From contig CATNEN010000003.1 in NCBI GenBank assembly GCA_950097015.1, positions 3,472,001-3,536,000 on the forward strand: a DNA stretch of 64,000 nt. The letters run 5' to 3'. The notes beneath the pieces were generated by a model, which ran no database searches, was not told where the DNA came from, and saw nothing but the letters and a program-made list of their open reading frames with translations. The position numbers and the translations under genes are program-made. Positions within the stretch are counted from its first letter, which is position 1. Each line of letters opens with the position of its first letter. Positions 1 through 12,400 of this stretch are shown one piece after another. The DNA is from Macrostomum hystrix (lineage: Eukaryota > Animalia > Platyhelminthes).

Positions 1-570
1 GTTGTTGATGGCGGTCTTGTTGTTGATGGCGACATTGTTGTTAATGGCGGTCTAGTTGTTGATGGCGGTCTTGTTGTTGATGGCGACATTGTTGTTGATG
101 GCGGTCTAGTTGTTGATGGCGGTCTTGTTGTTAATGGCGGTCTTGTTGTTGATGGCGGTCTTGTTGTTGATGGCGGTCTAGTTGTTGATGACGGTCTTGT
201 TGTTGATGGCGGTCTTGTTGTTGATGGCGGTCTTGTTGTTGATGGCGGTCTTGTTGTTGATGGCGGTCTTGTTGTTGATGGCGGTCTAGTTGTTGATGGC
301 GGTCTTGTTGTTGATGGCGACATTGTTGTTGATGGCGGTTTTGTTCTTGATGGTGAAATTGTTGTTAATGGCGGTCTAGTTGTTGATGGCGGTCTAGTTG
401 TTGATGGCGGTCTAGTTGTTGATGGCGGTCTAGTTGTTGATGGCGGTCTAGTTGTTGATGGCGGTCTAGTTGTTGATGGCGGTCTTGTTGTTGATGGCGG
501 TCTAGTTGTTGATGGTGGTCTAGTTGTTGATGGCGACATTGTTGTTGATGGCGTTCTAGCTGTTGATGCT
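1..570 (-). repeat. 18-bp coding tandem repeat (gttgttgatggcggtct[t/a]) encoding RPPSTT
   Basis: About 30 units visible directly. Confidence 0.95.
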
Positions 571-1751
571 GACATTGTTCTTGAAGGCTGTCCTTCTGTT
601 GATGTCGTTCTAGTTGTTGATAGCGGTCTAGTGGTTGCTAGTAACATCGTTGTTGATGAGTGCCTTGTTGTTGACGCTGACCTTGTGGTTGCTAGTGACG
701 TAGCTGATTGTGACCTTGTGGTTGCTAGTGACGTAGCTGATGGTGACCTTGTGGTTGCTAGTGACGTAGCTGATGGTGACCTTGTGGTTGCTAGTGACGT
801 AGCTGATGGTAACCTTGTGGTTGCTAGTGACGTAGCTGATGGTGACCTTGTGGTTGCTTGTGACGTAGCTGATGGTGACCTTGTGGTTGCTAGTGACGTA
901 GCTGATGGTGACCTTGTGGTTGCTAGTGACGTAGCTGATGGTAACCTTGTGGTTGCTAGTGACGTAGCTGATGGTAACCTTGTGGTTGCTAGTGACGTAG
1001 CTGATGGTAACCTTGTGGTTGCTAGTGACGTAGCTGATGGTGACCTTGTTGCTGATGGGATCAATGTTGTTATTGGTGACTCAGTTGCAGGCTGTAAATG
1101 TGGCGTTATAATTGTTTGTAACCCTGTTGATTGCGATATTGTTGATAGTTGTTGGGCTCCCATGGTTGCTTGCGGACTTGTTAGCTGTGTCGGCACTGAT
1201 GTTGTGGTCAATTGAAGTCGTGTTTGTTCTTTTCTTGTCGTGAACTGTGATCCTGTTGTTGACATTTTTGGGGGTGATGTTGTGGTCAATGGTGTTGGTA
1301 ATTGAGCTCTTGAGGTCTTTGTTTTAAATGTCGTGGTACTTATGGTCATCGGCATTCTTGTTGTCATTCGAGTGGTTCTGATAGACGCAAAAACGGTTGA
1401 AGTTGTTGGCCAAGTGCTTGTTTGAGATTCAGTTTCAGCTCTTATCAGCTCAGTTGCTGATCTGTCTTCAGTTGTTTCTGCTGGTCCTGTTATTGACGTG
1501 GACGAAGCTACAGTTGTGCTCTCATGATAAGCTTCTTGTGAAGGCGACAGGTTTGAATTTGCTTGTGACGTAACGTCGGAGCCAACTGCAATGGAAGATC
1601 GATGAAGACTGCTTGACGGAGCGAAAGTCTGATCAGTCACGATGGCTGATGGTTGCGCTAAAAAGGTTATCAGTAGAAAGACCATCACGATATTTCCCTC
1701 TAGGGAAAGGATTAAAAATACCCTGGTCTTTCTACTGTTTATCATGCACAT
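1..1751 (-). CDS. Mucin-like Ser/Thr/Pro-rich secreted or surface protein, 3' partial (runs off window start)
   Basis: Minus-strand frame from ATG 1751 (or 1745) reads MCMINSRKTRVFLILSLEGNIVMVFLLITFLAQPSA..., a hydrophobic signal-like segment. It is open where I translated it (1501-1751) and stays in phase with 33-bp repeats (PSATSLATTRS) and 18-bp repeats (RPPSTT). It is absent from the ORF track, presumably because no stop lies in the window. Confidence 0.75.
   Translation of the reverse strand, partial: MCMINSRKTRVFLILSLEGNIVMVFLLITFLAQPSAIVTDQTFAPSSSLHRSSIAVGSDVTSQANSNLSPSQEAYHESTTVASSTSITGPAETTEDRSATELIRAETESQTSTWPTTSTVFASIRTTRMTTRMPMTISTTTFKTKTSRAQLPTPLTTTSPPKMSTTGSQFTTRKEQTRLQLTTTSVPTQLTSPQATMGAQQLSTISQSTGLQTIITPHLQPATESPITTLIPSATRSPSATSLATTRLPSATSLATTRLPSATSLATTRLPSATSLATTRSPSATSLATTRSPSATSQATTRSPSATSLATTRLPSATSLATTRSPSATSLATTRSPSATSLATTRSQSATSLATTRSASTTRHSSTTMLLATTRPLSTTRTTSTEGQPSRTMSASTARTPSTTMSPSTTRPPSTTRPPSTTRPPSTTRPPSTTRPPSTTRPPSTTRPPSTTRPPSTTRPPLTTISPSRTKPPSTTMSPSTTRPPSTTRPPSTTRPPSTTRPPSTTRPPSTTRPPSTTRPSSTTRPPSTTRPPSTTRPPLTTRPPSTTRPPSTTMSPSTTRPPSTTRPPLTTMSPSTTRPPST
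680..1050 (-). repeat. 33-bp coding tandem repeat encoding PSATSLATTRS
   Basis: gaccttgtggttgctagtgacgtagctgatggt, about 11 copies. Confidence 0.95.
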
Positions 1752-2424
1752 GTCATTGTTCTTCTCAAGATTAAGACCAGTACAGACCAGCGGTCAGAAC
1801 GCAGAAAACTTACCAGATGAATTATCAGCGAAACTAACATTAACTGGCGCTGCACGAGACAAATTCACGAAGACAAGCAGAAAAGCAATATAGTTCAGTA
1901 ACATATTTTATTTACTACTTAATTTCCACAAGTTGCACCTTCAAATGGTGTGTCCATCAATCCGAACTGATAATTGACTTTTCTAGGTCGTGTTGTTGTA
2001 ACGGCAGACTCGTTTGCTTAATGATATACCTCAATGGTGTTGTCAAGGCAACGCATTTCTAACCAATGCGAAGGTTTTAGTTGCCAAGCTAACGGATAAG
2101 TTGAAGGAAACAAGATTGCGTGTTTTACAATATACGTTATGACATTATGCTAATTTATTCAAGACACTTCCTGTACGCGAGGCTGTGCCATGTGGCGGAT
2201 AAAAAAAGATTATTTTTAGTCGTATCGATAATGTCAATTCGGCCTCTATAAACTAAACTTTACTAAGCTATCGATGAGACAGACAAGAGATAAGACTGTG
2301 ATAGTACCATAGACTAATGCAAATTGCAGAGTGCTGTGTCCAAATTTGGTTGCAGCATGTACGAGTACCGGAGGCCAATGAAAATCCAGAAATTAATTCA
2401 GAAAGTATTAACTGTAGACAGTTT

Positions 2425-2882
2425 TTTGTGCTGCACCCGAACGGAGCAACGCAAGCACGCGAAACTCAAGAACACGGGCCAAATTTTTGTTGCGCATCTT
2501 CTGAAACAAGACTCAGTCGCCTGCTCTTCAGAACGTCGAGATATTCAATGGTTCTGGCCGAAGGTCGAATTTGCCCATAAGCGCTAGTGTATTTCATACA
2601 CCCCTTTACACAAATTAGCACTGGGCCTCAGTGCGGCCTTGCACGTCCTTCATACTCGAATCATCTTCATCTTCGGTGGTCACCGACTTTTATCTAGACG
2701 GACTGCTGGACCTTCAAGGGCTGCAGCAGGTGGAACAAGGCCACTATGGACACCCTGATGCGAATCGCTCCAATTTGACTGATCAAGCCTAAATATTAGG
2801 CACAAGCTCAACCACAGGACACCATCGCCCAGTCTGTCTACCAATCAGTCACCATCCAGCGCTGTTAGCATTCAGGCGCTGT
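2425..2882 (+). mobile_element. Dispersed repeat (unclassified TE remnant), copy 1; inverted homolog at 47988-48390
   Basis: Blocks such as tgtgctgcacccgaacggagcaacgcaagcac and tctagacggactgctggaccttcaa match the reverse complement of 47988-48390. Confidence 0.75.
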
Positions 2883-3976
2883 CAAAAAAGTATTTTCAAG
2901 TGAGGGTGGGAAATCGCCCTTTGGTATAAAAACTTGGCAAATGGCTTGGTAGTTCAACTGAAAAAAGTAGAGACAAAAACAAAAAAATTGAACTGCAATT
3001 AAAAATTCATAAGTTGACACGCACAATTCATAAAGTTATGCGATAATTTTTCTTAAATTCAAGTGTGCCGCACAATGCACATACTAAGAGGCTGTGTGTA
3101 TTATCTGTCTAATTGGTTTGCTATTTCGTATAAATAAGCTTATTCGTGTTCACCAGTTGCAAGAGAAGGTTAGATTTCAAGAGGGCGAGACACAGACACA
3201 GAGCATGCACACAGAGTTTTTTGTTGATTCCAGGAAAACAAATTTACAAATTGATAATAGAACAATAAATAAACAGAATTACAAATACGAACAACAACTA
3301 TAGAAAGTGAAAGGAGAAATAGTTTTAGACAATTTATAATCATTGACAAATTAAAACTTTTTGTTAAATCAAAATACACATTGAGTAGGGACAAAGTGAG
3401 AAGCAATAGAAACAGGCAGAAGGCAGTTATTTGTTAATTTTAATGTTTTTTTATCCTAGTAAATAAACGAACACAAGAAGCATTATTAACCCAAAGGGCC
3501 AAAGTGTGAGGAGATAAAAACGTGAATAGGATAGGCAAAAAAAGAATTAATTAGACAGAAGCTTGAAGTAGTCAATAACAAAGCAAGCCGTGAATATTAC
3601 TCACAGTAGTAATATTCGCATTAGCAATGTCTTCCAATTTTCGTCATTAAACAACTTTTGCAAACAAACGCGAAAAAAGTAACGGAACAAAAAGAAACGA
3701 TTTTATGGCGTTAAATATTTTCTACAAACGCGTCAACAAATATTACAAGAACCCGTAGACGCGCGCAAAAAAACAAACGAGCTAGATACAATACAAACTA
3801 ACTAGAGGATGAATTAAACTTGTGGCAGACGTTTTTAAACAGGACATAGGAAACTAAGAATTTATGAAGTAATAATGAGAAAAGTGTCACAACAAACTTT
3901 CCTAATCGTGTTGTTTTAACAGAACGCAAAGTCACATTTGCACAGCAACAAAAACTATCGCCAGATCAGATCATCA

Positions 3977-5701
3977 TCACTTCTTGCCGGGCTGTGGCGG
4001 CTGCTGAGAGCCAATAGTCGACCAGAGGCTGGTGGGATTAAAGTTCATGCCCTGACGCATAGCTTGCTGCAGCATTGTCAGATAATTGGCAGGCATTGTG
4101 TATGGATAAGAGCTGGCACTGGCCTGGCCAGCAGTTGGATACAGATGCGATATAGCCTGCAGTTGGGCGTGCAAGAATTGAGTATGCTGACGCTGAAGCT
4201 GTTCAACAGCGGCTGCGGCTGCGGCCTGAGATGCGGCGGCCGCTGCAGCCGCCTGCTGCTGCTGATGCTGAGTGGTGGCAGCTGAAGATAGGCGGCTAAG
4301 GCTAGCGCTAGATCCTGTTAGCGACTGCAGCGAACTAGCAGATCGATGAGCAGCCGATAGGGACGGCATGTGATGATGCTGCTGCTGCTGCTGCGGATGA
4401 TGATGCTGATGATGATGCTGGTGATGAGACTGCTGCTGAGTCTGCTGCGGCTGAGGTGCTGGCTGAGGCAGCAGATGAGGGAAGGCTTGAGCGGCCAGTT
4501 GCGGATTAGCGGCGTAGCGTTTAAATTCCTTTTCAATTTCTTCTTCCTGTTTGAGAGCTTTAACAAAAGCGGCCTTAAGCCTGGCAGTGTGCTCTTTGCG
4601 AATTGAATTCTTCTGATTAGTGGACACACAGTCCTCGCAGATGACATTTTTAGAGCCGGGCTTGTCGCGTTTCCAGACCGGGGTGTAATCTGTGCCGCAC
4701 TGGACGCAGGTGAACGGATGAAAGACGTATTTGACCTCGGTTGGCTTGCCGCCTTTTAGTACGGCGTCGTATTCGCTAATGTTGCGAACGACTTCTTCTA
4801 GGCCAACTAGGGCAATGAACTCGTTAGTAACCGTGCTGGGAATGAAATTTAGTTCCGAAGGCGGCGGCTGAGGATTGGGAATTTCAAGGAGGGATTTTTC
4901 TAGCTGCTTTCTAAGAGCCAGCTTCTTCTGCGCCTTCTGAGCGTCCAGCTGGGACTGGCTAATCTGGGGCGTCGGTTGCGCAGCTGCGGCTGGCTTAGCT
5001 AGGCCGGCAGCCGACGTCGAAGATTTCATTGGCAGAGTGGCGGCCGACTGCGACCGACCAATCGCGGCAGCCGATGGCGACTGTTGATGATGAAGATGCT
5101 GCGATTTCTGACTGCCAGCCGAACCGGGCGTCTGGGCGGAGGCTAAACCACCGCTGCGACCTTGCACAGCTGAGGCAGCTGGCCTAGCCGAGGCTGGGGT
5201 ACCTGATGAAGCTGCTGCGGCACCATTCTCCTTCTGCAACAGCTGCTGCTGATGATGATGAACGGTGCCTGGAGCGGACATTGATCGCTGCTGAGAATGT
5301 CGCATAGCTTTCAGCAGAGCCAGTTTGCATTCTTCGCTGCGCAGCGACTCGCGTAGGCGAGTGAGCATAGCGGCTTGCTCTTTCATTAGGGTGACAACCG
5401 CTTCAGAATTGACATCGCCAGCTACAGTTTCAGCCTGCTTAGCCACCAATAATTGAATCTCTTGCTCTTCATCGTCTGACAAAGTGATCACATCGTCTGT
5501 TGCAGCTGTAGCCGCTGCAGTAGCGGAAGACGCCGAAGCTGTTGTTGCAGGGGTCTTTTTCCGGCTCAGATCCATTGGAGCCAGGCCGCCCTGAACTGCT
5601 GCGGCAGAGGCGGCCTCCAAGGCTGAAGCTTTCGAACGCTTCTGCAAGACATCGGACGTCTCTGGTAGAAGACGCTTACGCTGCTGCTGTGCAGTCTGCA
5701 T
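3977..5701 (-). CDS. GATAD2: Transcriptional repressor p66 / GATAD2A-B (simjang) homolog, NuRD subunit, single coding exon, about 574 aa
   Basis: CR1 coiled coil LRESLRSEECKLALLKAMRHSQ; CR2 KLALRKQLEKSLLEIP...F..LVGLEEVV; GATA-type finger CVQCGTDYTPVWK...ICEDC. First ATG is at 5701, downstream of a polypyrimidine-AG acceptor at 5788-5800. Confidence 0.92.
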   Translation of the reverse strand: MQTAQQQRKRLLPETSDVLQKRSKASALEAASAAAVQGGLAPMDLSRKKTPATTASASSATAAATAATDDVITLSDDEEQEIQLLVAKQAETVAGDVNSEAVVTLMKEQAAMLTRLRESLRSEECKLALLKAMRHSQQRSMSAPGTVHHHQQQLLQKENGAAAASSGTPASARPAASAVQGRSGGLASAQTPGSAGSQKSQHLHHQQSPSAAAIGRSQSAATLPMKSSTSAAGLAKPAAAAQPTPQISQSQLDAQKAQKKLALRKQLEKSLLEIPNPQPPPSELNFIPSTVTNEFIALVGLEEVVRNISEYDAVLKGGKPTEVKYVFHPFTCVQCGTDYTPVWKRDKPGSKNVICEDCVSTNQKNSIRKEHTARLKAAFVKALKQEEEIEKEFKRYAANPQLAAQAFPHLLPQPAPQPQQTQQQSHHQHHHQHHHPQQQQQHHHMPSLSAAHRSASSLQSLTGSSASLSRLSSAATTQHQQQQAAAAAAASQAAAAAAVEQLQRQHTQFLHAQLQAISHLYPTAGQASASSYPYTMPANYLTMLQQAMRQGMNFNPTSLWSTIGSQQPPQPGKK

Positions 5702-5900
5702 TGGCTCCAATGATTGATAGCTAATGCTAGTTCGTGTAACTGCCGATTCTGTTGACGCTAACAAATTTGCCGACTTGACGGGAAAAACTAAAAAAAACAA
5801 ATAGATAGGCGAAAGATTAAAAAATATGGTCGCATACTCTAAACTTAAGCTTTAGTTCTGCAAATCACAATGATATCTTAGTTGTATAAAGTTCCTACAA

Positions 5901-5980
5901 GAGGTTGTAGCCTAGTGGTTAGGCCGGCAGTTGTTGGCTGCACATCTGACCCAATTGGGGCAGGTGTAATCAATTATTAA
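5901..5980 (+). mobile_element. Internally deleted SINE (tRNA head fused to 3' tail)
   Basis: gaggttgtagcctagtggtta (A-box head) joined to ggctgcacatctg...aatcaattattaat, which matches the tails of the 21991 and 56603 copies. Confidence 0.6.
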
Positions 5981-6954
5981 TATTAACTATTATAAAGTAC
6001 AACCAAAAAGTGTTTTTATCCATTTACCTATCTCTTTGACTAACTTATTAATATTGTATTTGCTAGCTATTAAGCATATAGTGAACATTAAACTAACCCA
6101 ACTGCCAGTTGAAAAGTGACCAAGATTAGAAGTTTATTGCATAGCATTTATTGTAAGAGATCAACTATGAGTCATGTTGATCTGCCAGTCAAACTAGTAC
6201 ATTAAACTTTTTTGGCCTATCTGCACCACTACCTCATTCTTATGACTTGCTACATAGCAACTGGGCATAATGCTTCTGCTTTTTGTTTTCACAAAATTAA
6301 ACCTACCCAGATCATCATTTTTGTGTAGAAAATTTTGAGTTTAACTTATTTAAGTACATTTTTATATTTAGCAGAATTATGGAGGCATTAGAGAAAAGCA
6401 GAATATTGGGATAGCATAGAGAAATATAAATGGTTTGAAAAAGATAAGCACACCAATTTAAAGTCAGTGAATAATATAAATTTACTCTTATCTCATTCTT
6501 CTAACCTGGTTTTCTTCCCTTGGCAGCAACAGCAGAAGTTTTTTAATATAATATCTTTATCCAATATTTTGTTCTCAGTTAGTGTTTGGCTTTAAGATTT
6601 TGCCAATGATCTCAAAGCAGGCTAGCCAAGTAGGGAAATGGTTTATCTGACAGCCTATTTCTACATTAATTAAAAAACTAAAAACTATTTTAACATTTTA
6701 ATTTAAACACACATATTCAAGTTAAAAAAATTATAAAATAAATGTTGAGCTAATGTGGCTTTTGTTTAGAATTTTTGTCTACAATAGTCAACTTATTATT
6801 ATATTTTTATAAGAATTAAGCAGGGAATAATTTCCTACTTATCCACATAGCACACTGACTGAAGATCCACACCCGGGTGTTGCGCATGTATGGACTAATA
6901 ATAATATATAGGCCCTACAATTTAAAATGATATTTACAAATGGATAGGCCTAGT

Positions 6955-7235
6955 CATACATGCTCAACACCCGGCCGATCCAGCCGAACCGGCCGGGTGA
7001 AATGAGGGCCAAGCAAGGTAAGTCGCAAAGACCAATTGACCAAGCACAAAAAAATCAAAGGGGAGACCAAGGGACAAAAAAGGAAAGCATGAAGAAAAGG
7101 AAAAAGGGGAGAGAAAAAGAGAGCAAATGAGAGCAAACTAAGTCGTAAATAGAGCAATGAAACAAACTAAGTCGCAAATGAGAGCAAAAACTAAGTTGCA
7201 CGGCCGGCTAAGATTTGGGAGGTTGCGCATGTATG
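6955..7235. mobile_element. hAT-type MITE, copy 1 (homolog of 30997-31259); extra inverted terminal fragment at about 6870-6892
   Basis: TIRs catacatgctcaac / gttgcgcatgtatg; internal sequence nearly identical to 30997-31259. Confidence 0.85.
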
Positions 7236-9411
7236 TGGATAGTTATAATATAGCTAGCCATATACAACAGTATATCACTTAATTACTGACTAAAATACCT
7301 TGCCTAATTTAGGCTAATTATCTAGCGCCTATAGCTAGGTGTAGGTGGGTGTCTGTTCATCAGTCACTGTGTCACTAATTAGATAGGCTTGCTTAACACA
7401 TTTAGTTCTAGAACTGGCACTTAGCATGAAGTAGGGGACTGTGGGGTATAGAATGCTTAATAAGCATAGTCTAGCCAAGCCGAGTAAGAACCAAATAAAG
7501 CTACAAAAAATTGCTAATAGGAAAATGTAACACAAGCGGGTCCTGATTAGGCTATAACTGTAATCGTATGATTTAATTATTCACAACTAGCATACACTCT
7601 TTTATTGAAATTTGCTAGGGTTAATGGATTTAAAGCTAAAATACATGAGATTAGACCGTATTACTAGGGCTCGACACGGCTGTGTGCTGTATGCCGTAGC
7701 TAGACCTAGCCCCAGCTCAAGGTGCTACAGCTAGCATGGAGTATGTGGAGAATCAGTTAAAAGAAAATGTACTTTTAACTTTTACTTGGCAGGTAAGCCG
7801 ATATTTATAACACACCATTCCAGTTAGTTTTTTAATAAATCTAATTGGAAAATAAACAAAAGTAACTTAGAATTCAGAGAGTCAGGATCGTCCTATTATT
7901 CCGGAAGTGTACCGTTACTAATGAATTTTTTGATTAAAAGTAATAACAGTGGTTTTAAACACGTGCCAATCAATATTTTTTTAAGAAAAGTATACATCCT
8001 GAAATAAACAAAGAAAAATGTTTTGTAAATAGTTTTATTGTTAAAAGCTTCTCAAATTTTGTACTGCAATAAAAATGCTGTTTTTAAGACGCACCATACT
8101 GTCTCTTGCATTGCCAGAAAGTAAACAAATATATTTTTGTAATAATGTCATGACACTATTGTTCGTTTAAAATCAATGAATTTTCATCGATTTTTTATTG
8201 GCCAGCAGACAATCAATAACAGTCTATCAGTCAAAGCGATATGTTGAAACAATCCGCTGATAATAATAAAAATGAGAAGCAGAGGCTACTAATTTTTCTA
8301 GATATCATTCTTTATAAGCTAAAGAAGTTGTGATATGTGCGGCATGTGCCACGACGTTCTTCATTTAGTTAGACAGTTTAGCGATTACTCGTATTTTAGC
8401 CAATTTCGTTTCTATATAAAATAATTATAGCTTCCTAAGGATTTGAAGCAATTGTTTTTGCCGTAGTGGTTGAGCTTATACTTATAAACATTTTGTTTTT
8501 TACTGATGAGTTATACTGCCTTACAGATGGTTTTAAAATGAGTTTTAATTTTGGATGAATTGTGTCTAAAGTGCTTTTGTTACTTATAATTGCTTACAGT
8601 GTGATAAAGATAAAGATAAAGCTTAAGTGTTTAAATGTTTTTTTATAAGATTACAGCACTTACTAACACCAGGAGTATTGTAATTGTAATTATAAAACTT
8701 GTAAAATAAATAGCAAGCAAATGTCTAATTTTCACTCAGGTTCATCTACTATAGCACATTACTATCTTAAAGTGCAATTAGCCTGGGAGCATAACTATCT
8801 ATACTTAGACTAAATCAAGTTGTTACAGGCCTTTGCCTTTGTCTATATTCTAAGCAACATATATAATACAATAATTGCAGCACATGTAGCAGACCTGATT
8901 TTTTAGAGACTGCTTGATTGTAACTGATATTTTAAAATAAATTTTAAGTGAATTGGAAACTAACAAAAATTCTTGCCAGCTGGCATATTTACCTTAGAAT
9001 ATAAGAAGACAGCATGAATCCAGTTTGAGCAATAAATTCGACTTCTTAGCTATTTTGATTGCATAATTTCTGTTCACCAGACAATTGAACAAATTAATCA
9101 GGCAGGAAAGCACACAGGCTGACTATTTGACATGCAGAAATTTAGTTATAGATCTAATTAAACTAATCACAGCCACTAAATTCAGTCAACTCATACCCCC
9201 CACAATAACTATTTTCAGTTGCTGTCACCTGACAAAAAGAGATTTGTCACCCAACGAAAGCATAGAGGCAAAGATAGGCGTGTGATTGTAGTCACCTGTT
9301 CTTTTTTCTCTCTTCCCAAAGCCCTGCCAAGACCGATTCGCTGTCAGCTAGCCTGCGCCTTAGTCTAATATCTGAGATATAACTAGCTTAAGTGCGCGCC
9401 AATCCCGCACC

Positions 9412-12400
9412 ATGGCCGAATACGGCGCAGGACCCAGCGAGAGGGCCAAATTTACTAAAGACACGGAGGAAGTGGCCATCGATCCTACTAGTGGAGAGCG
9501 TCGGGTCGGCGGCCGTGGCGGCGGCGGTAGTGGACTGCGGCTGCGTCGCCTGACCCTATTCGATCGCTCGTCTGGCTCATTGTTGAATCCCAGCTTTTCT
9601 TCCGGCGTGATCGAGAGTCACTATCAGCTGATTAGTTATCGCCAGTCTGTGTCCCGCCTGCGCTATGCCTGCATCTACCTGGCACTGTGCTCTTTGGCCT
9701 GGCTAATCTATTTCGCTATTAGACAGACACCAATTTGGTGGGGCATGCTAATTACTGAAGCTATAGCTGTTGTCATCTTTGTCGCACTATTTGGCCTGTC
9801 ATTTGCCGACGCATTATTTCGGAATCATCACCTGTGGATGTCTATAATTGCCGTGTTACTGAAAGGCGCTCTGCTATTATGCAACATGGCCGCTCTAAAA
9901 GAAGATAGCGGATTTGGCTATTTGCCAATTTTCAACTTTGCCGGAGTTTTGCAGGTTCGGCTTGTTGACTAATTTCAATATCTGTTTTAATTAGACGTTT
10001 TAATTACGGGAAGTGTAAAAACTATATGCTCTATGGCCGAATCTGCCTCTTAAACAGATCGTGATGGTATCCTACACCCTGGCACCGATTCCGCTGTACA
10101 TGTCCGTACTATTCGGCCTATTATTGAGCGCTCTGTACTTGCTCTGTCTGGTATTCTGCATTGGAGTTGAGACTCCGCTAATTCTAGCTTCGCATGCTGT
10201 CATGCTGATTGGAGTACAGGTCATCGGATTTCAGCTGCATATCATGTCACAGGTGAGTGAGATACATGAGCTGTCTCTCATGAGATGGGTGAGCTGTATC
10301 ATGAGATGGGTGAGCTGTCTCTAATGAGATGGGTGAGCTGTCTCATGAGATGGGTGAGCTGTCTCTCATGAGATGGGTGAGCTGTATCATGAGATGGGTG
10401 AGCTGTCTCTTATGGGTTGGTTGAGCTGTCTCTCATGAGATGGGTGAGCTGTCTCTCATGAGATGGGTGAGCTGTCTCTTATGGGTTGGTTGAGCTGTCT
10501 CTCATGAGATGGGTGAGCTGTCTCTCATGAGATGGGTGAGCTGTCTCTTATGGGTTGGTTGAGCTGTCTCTCATGAGATGGGTGAGCTGTCTCTCATGAG
10601 ATGGGCGAGCTGTCTCTTATGGGTTGGTTGAGCTGTCTCTCATGAGTTGGGTGAGCTGTCTCTCACGAGCTGTCTCTTATGGGTTGGTTGAGCTGTCTCT
10701 CATGAGTTGGGTGAGCTGTCTCTCATGAGATGGGTGAGCTGTCTCTCATGAGATGGGTGAGCCATCTCTCATGAGTTGGGTGAGCTGTCTCTCATGAGAT
10801 GGGTGAGCTGTCTCTCATGAGATGGGTGAGCTGTCTCATGAGATGGGTGAGCTGTCTCTCATGAGATGGGTGAGCTGTCTCTTATGGGTTGGTTGAGCTG
10901 TCTCTCATGAGATGGGTGAGCTGTCTCTCATGAGATGGGCGAGCTGTCTCTTATGGGTTGGTTGAGCTGTCTCTCATGAGTTGGGTGAGCTGTCTCTCAC
11001 GAGCTGTCTCTTATGGGTTGGTTGAGCTGTCTCTCATGAGTTGGGTGAGCTGTCTCTCATGTGATGGGTGAGCTGTCTCTCATGAGATGGGTGAGCTGTC
11101 TCTCATGAGTTGGGTGAGCCATCTCTCATGAGTTGGGTGAGCTGTCTCTCATGAGATGGGTGAGCTGTCTCTCGTGAGATGGGTGAGCTGTCTCTCATGA
11201 GATGGGTGAGCTGTCTCTCATGAGATGGGTGAGCTGTCTCTCATGAGATGGGTGAGCTGTCTCTCATGAGATGGGTGAGCTGTCTCTCATGAGATGGGTG
11301 AGCTGTCTCATGAGATGGGTGAGCTGTCTCTCATGAGATGGGTGAGCTGTCTCTTATGGGTTGGTTGAGCTGTCTCTCATGAGATGGGAGAGCTGTCTCT
11401 CATGAGATGGGCGAGCTGTCTCTTATGGGTTGGTTGAGCTGTCTCTCATGAGTTGGGTGAGCTGTCTCTCATGAGAAGGGTGAGCTGTCTCTCGTGAGAT
11501 GGGTGAGCTGTCTCTCATGAGATGGGTGAGCTGTCTCTCATGAGATGGGTGAGCTGTCTCTCATGAGTTGGGTGAGCTGTCTCTCATGAGATGGGTGAGC
11601 TGTCTCTCGTGAGTTGGGTGAGCCGTCTCTCATGAGTTGGGTGAGCTGTCCTAGGGTGAAAGATTTATTGCCAATACTGCCTATACCCAGATTCCTCTGT
11701 ACCGATCTATTCCCGGATCTATGATCTATTCACAGCTGATCATGTCATGTACATAAATCAGCTTAAACATCTAGTCGTCAGTTCCTTAATAAATAATGCA
11801 GCAACCGTGAGCTAGGAAAGGATAAGTTTAACTATAGGAGAAACAGCTGCAGAGTGAAGGCAAGTAAGTAGACTATATTTGAGTATAGGGTTTGAGTAAT
11901 CAGATTTTTTGTCTATTTATCATTGATACTCCTAAACTACTTGCATTTAAGACTATTGCAATAGAAAGTGTTAACCAGCATAGGCAGTAAAAGCTAATCT
12001 ATTAATCGTAGTATACACAGTGTTTTAATTCGTCGTCAATGTATGCCCCTTACTTTTAGAAGAATTCTATATTGCTTTTAGAAGAAAATTTGATTATCTT
12101 CTTCGTATCTTCTTACCGTTTAAATTATTTTTCTGTCCCTATGCAAGCCAGCAGGATCTGCAAGCTAGTCTCGGGTTTTTTGTTAATCTCCAAATTCTAT
12201 TCAACCGCTTCCTATTATAAATTTAAGAAAAGTATACTTATAGAATGCCCATGCAGAGCTTTACATTCTCTTTCTCTAGCTTAGAATTCTCAAATCTGTT
12301 AAACCTGATTACGAGCTGCACACCCGCTGTGTGACAATGTACGCTTAATAACTGCCTTAGGGAAATTCAGCTGAGGATTATAGGGCGTTGCGATAGTAAG

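Noticed and set aside
631-1215. 194-aa + strand ORF (VVASDVADGDL repeats)
   Set aside because: It is the antisense shadow of the minus-strand mucin-like repeat, with a GTG start and no flanking gene structure.
5702-5800. ORF-track N-terminal extension of GATAD2 from TTG 5800
   Set aside because: It overlaps a polypyrimidine-AG splice acceptor and the first ATG is at 5701. An upstream coding exon cannot be fully excluded.
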